Assembly (NCBI GenBank): GCA_048213135.1
Contig: PS015054.1
Span: forward strand, 133,812 to 197,811
Origin: Reclinomonas americana ATCC 50394
Taxonomy: Eukaryota
Length of the DNA: 64,000 bases
Direction of reading: 5' to 3'
In this document: in pieces, positions 62,401 to 64,000 of the stretch
Position numbering within the stretch: the stretch's first letter is position 1
Layout: the number at the start of each line of letters is the position of its first letter
Notes under the pieces: generated by a model
Seen by the model: only the letters and a program-made list of their open reading frames with translations
What the model was told of the DNA's origin: nothing
Database searches by the model: none
Position numbers and translations under genes: made by a program

Positions 62401-62974
62401 GTGGCGGCAAACCCTGTCCGTGTGACGACGACGACGACGACACGTGAGCACCATACGGTGGTGGTGGCGACTCTTGCTGTGGGTGCTGGCGGTGATGCTG
62501 CTGCTGTTGTTGTTGCTGCTGCAAGAAGGGATCGCCCAGTGCACTGCCCCACAATGGTTGTGCAGACTGCCCAAACCCGTGGCCCCACACAGAGGACGAC
62601 GATCCCGATGCCTGACTACCACCACCACCACCGGAGAGCTGTGCACGTGTGTGTGTGTCGCACACAAAACAGTGTGAGAGACAAGAGCGAGTGCATGATC
62701 ACATTGTTGCACTCACATGCAGCTGTCCGAGCTCCGACACAATGTCGCCCTTGTCGAACTGGTTCATGCTCCAGTCAAAGTCCTTGCCTGCGTCACGTGT
62801 GTGCGTGTGAGAGAGAGAGACACACACAGAGAGCAAAAGATGCGTGACACGTGTGTGTGGCGCGAAACGAATGCTGGTCACATCGGTGTCAAAGGTTGCC
62901 GCATTGGCCTCGTCGTCCTCATCGTCGTCGGCGTTCACAGCCCACTCGGGAACCTCCAAGTCCTCAGGTTCCAT
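59358..62974 (-). CDS. PAT1: PAT1/PATL1 mRNA decapping activator, about 12 exons
   Basis: N-terminal DDEANAATFD...KDFDW, a P/Q-rich middle, LMTLEEIDSII...DLYLDQFY, FGRVSAQTAKAPRMVIDI and FCGLLTIPKGARLL. Confidence 0.8.
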
Positions 62975-63329
62975 CTCTGCTGCGTGGCACCGTGTGATTT
63001 GAGAGGAATTTTAAGTGTGTCCCGCAGTTGTCCACATCGGATAAACAACAAGGAACGAAGGAGGGTAGCAGGCGTGGCGATGATGCAGCGGCCTTGAGAG
63101 AAAGAGAGAGGAAGAGGCAAAGTTGTTCCTTTCAAAAAAACATCATAAATTCATTCACCGAACGCCATGGCCTTCGTCGCTGTCGGCAGCAAGCAGCGCA
63201 CTGTCGCCACCACCGTCACCATCAACACCAACACCACCGCCACCGTCTTGCGACACGAAGGAGAGAGAGAGAGGGAGGGAGGGAGAAAGAGAAACATGAA
63301 CGATTGGCATCGAAAAGAGTCACGCTTGT

Positions 63330-64000
63330 TCACGAGCTCTTCTTGCCTGCTGCTCCGCTGCTCTTGCTGCCGCCACTCTGCAGCTGCTCCACATCGGTGC
63401 TCACAATCTCCTGGCTCGACAGGAACAACTGCATCACGTTGAGGACCTGCACATGCACGGAATGGGTGTGAACAGAAACACAACAAACGACTGCCTCACG
63501 CGTGCGAGGTGCGAACCTGCTTGAGGGCCCACACGGGTGCACAGAGCACGGCGCACAAGAGCCACGCACTCATCGACGATCCCACCATAGCAAACGTCGG
63601 CTGGAAGGCGTGCAAGTAGAGGAACCAGTAAAAGAGCTCGTTGAAGAGGCACACGGAGGTGAGCACGGGGCGCTTGGTGTAGTACATGCGCAGCAGCCAT
63701 GGCGTGTTGCTAGCGCACTCCTTGTGCGATCCCTTGCCGGCGGTCAGCGACGAGTACATGCGCACCCAGTGGCTCATCAAGTCGAGCGCATTCAGCGAGA
63801 TAAACGCAAACGCCCATGGACGGTACAGCAGCGCCAGCACCACCAGCAGACCCGCAGTGCCCGCGCGGTCTGTCATCATGTCAAGCACAGCGCCAAAGTT
63901 GGAGCCTGCAAAGAGAGAGATGAGTGCAGTGTGCAAGCGAGTGTGTGTGACTGTGTGGTGGACGGAACATTGGTTGAGGAGGCGAGCGAGGAAGCCATCG
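63330..64000 (-). CDS. CDIPT: CDP-diacylglycerol--inositol 3-phosphatidyltransferase (PI synthase), 5' end outside the window
   Basis: CDP-alcohol motif DGFLARLLNQ-CSNFGAVLDMMTDR, plus LDLMSHW, SHK, LLRMYY, CLFNELF and KQVLNVMQL. Confidence 0.95.

Noticed and set aside
1-64000. Alternative genetic code, selenocysteine or stop-codon readthrough
   Set aside because: In-frame stops fall inside inferred introns, and TAA, TAG and TGA all terminate well-conserved genes.
1-64000. CRISPR arrays, tRNA/rRNA genes, transposons, viral or prokaryotic inserts
   Set aside because: I saw no regularly spaced repeats, cloverleafs, transposase, reverse transcriptase or capsid motifs, and no intron-free foreign block. 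The repeats present are microsatellites or amino-acid homopolymers.

Overview
This is gene-dense, intron-rich, GC-rich eukaryotic DNA, most likely from a flagellated protist; the lineage cannot be fixed from the sequence. It uses the standard genetic code, with TAA, TAG and TGA all serving as stops. I reconstructed about 23 spliced protein-coding genes by hand, so coordinates are first-to-last coding base and approximate. Most introns are about 50-110 nt with a CTCAC/CTGAC branch motif, and intergenic gaps are often below 150 nt. Recognisable genes: ASH1L-like SET methyltransferase, ZMYND12-like, degenerate MoxR/Mtc2-like AAA+, METTL22, FRA10AC1, an NLR-like NACHT-pentapeptide-WD40 protein, a second Methyltransf_16 enzyme, RACK1, TRA2/SR45a, NUP160, a pseudo-kinesin/CCDC78 protein, a BED/C2H2 finger protein, a possible TEDC2, a Na/Ca-exchanger-like transporter, an orphan secreted His-rich protein, ENOPH1, Elongin C, a Tim17-like protein, a RING/TRAF-type protein, an AIR9-like protein with a CBM48 module, PAT1 and partial PI synthase. 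The most unusual signals are in splicing: (1) about one intron in six uses a +1-shifted donor, GTTGCG, almost only after a non-G exon end; (2) a U12-type intron sits in NUP160; (3) there is a candidate U2-type AT-AC intron; (4) there are two GC-AG introns. I found no rRNA, tRNA, CRISPR array or intact mobile element.
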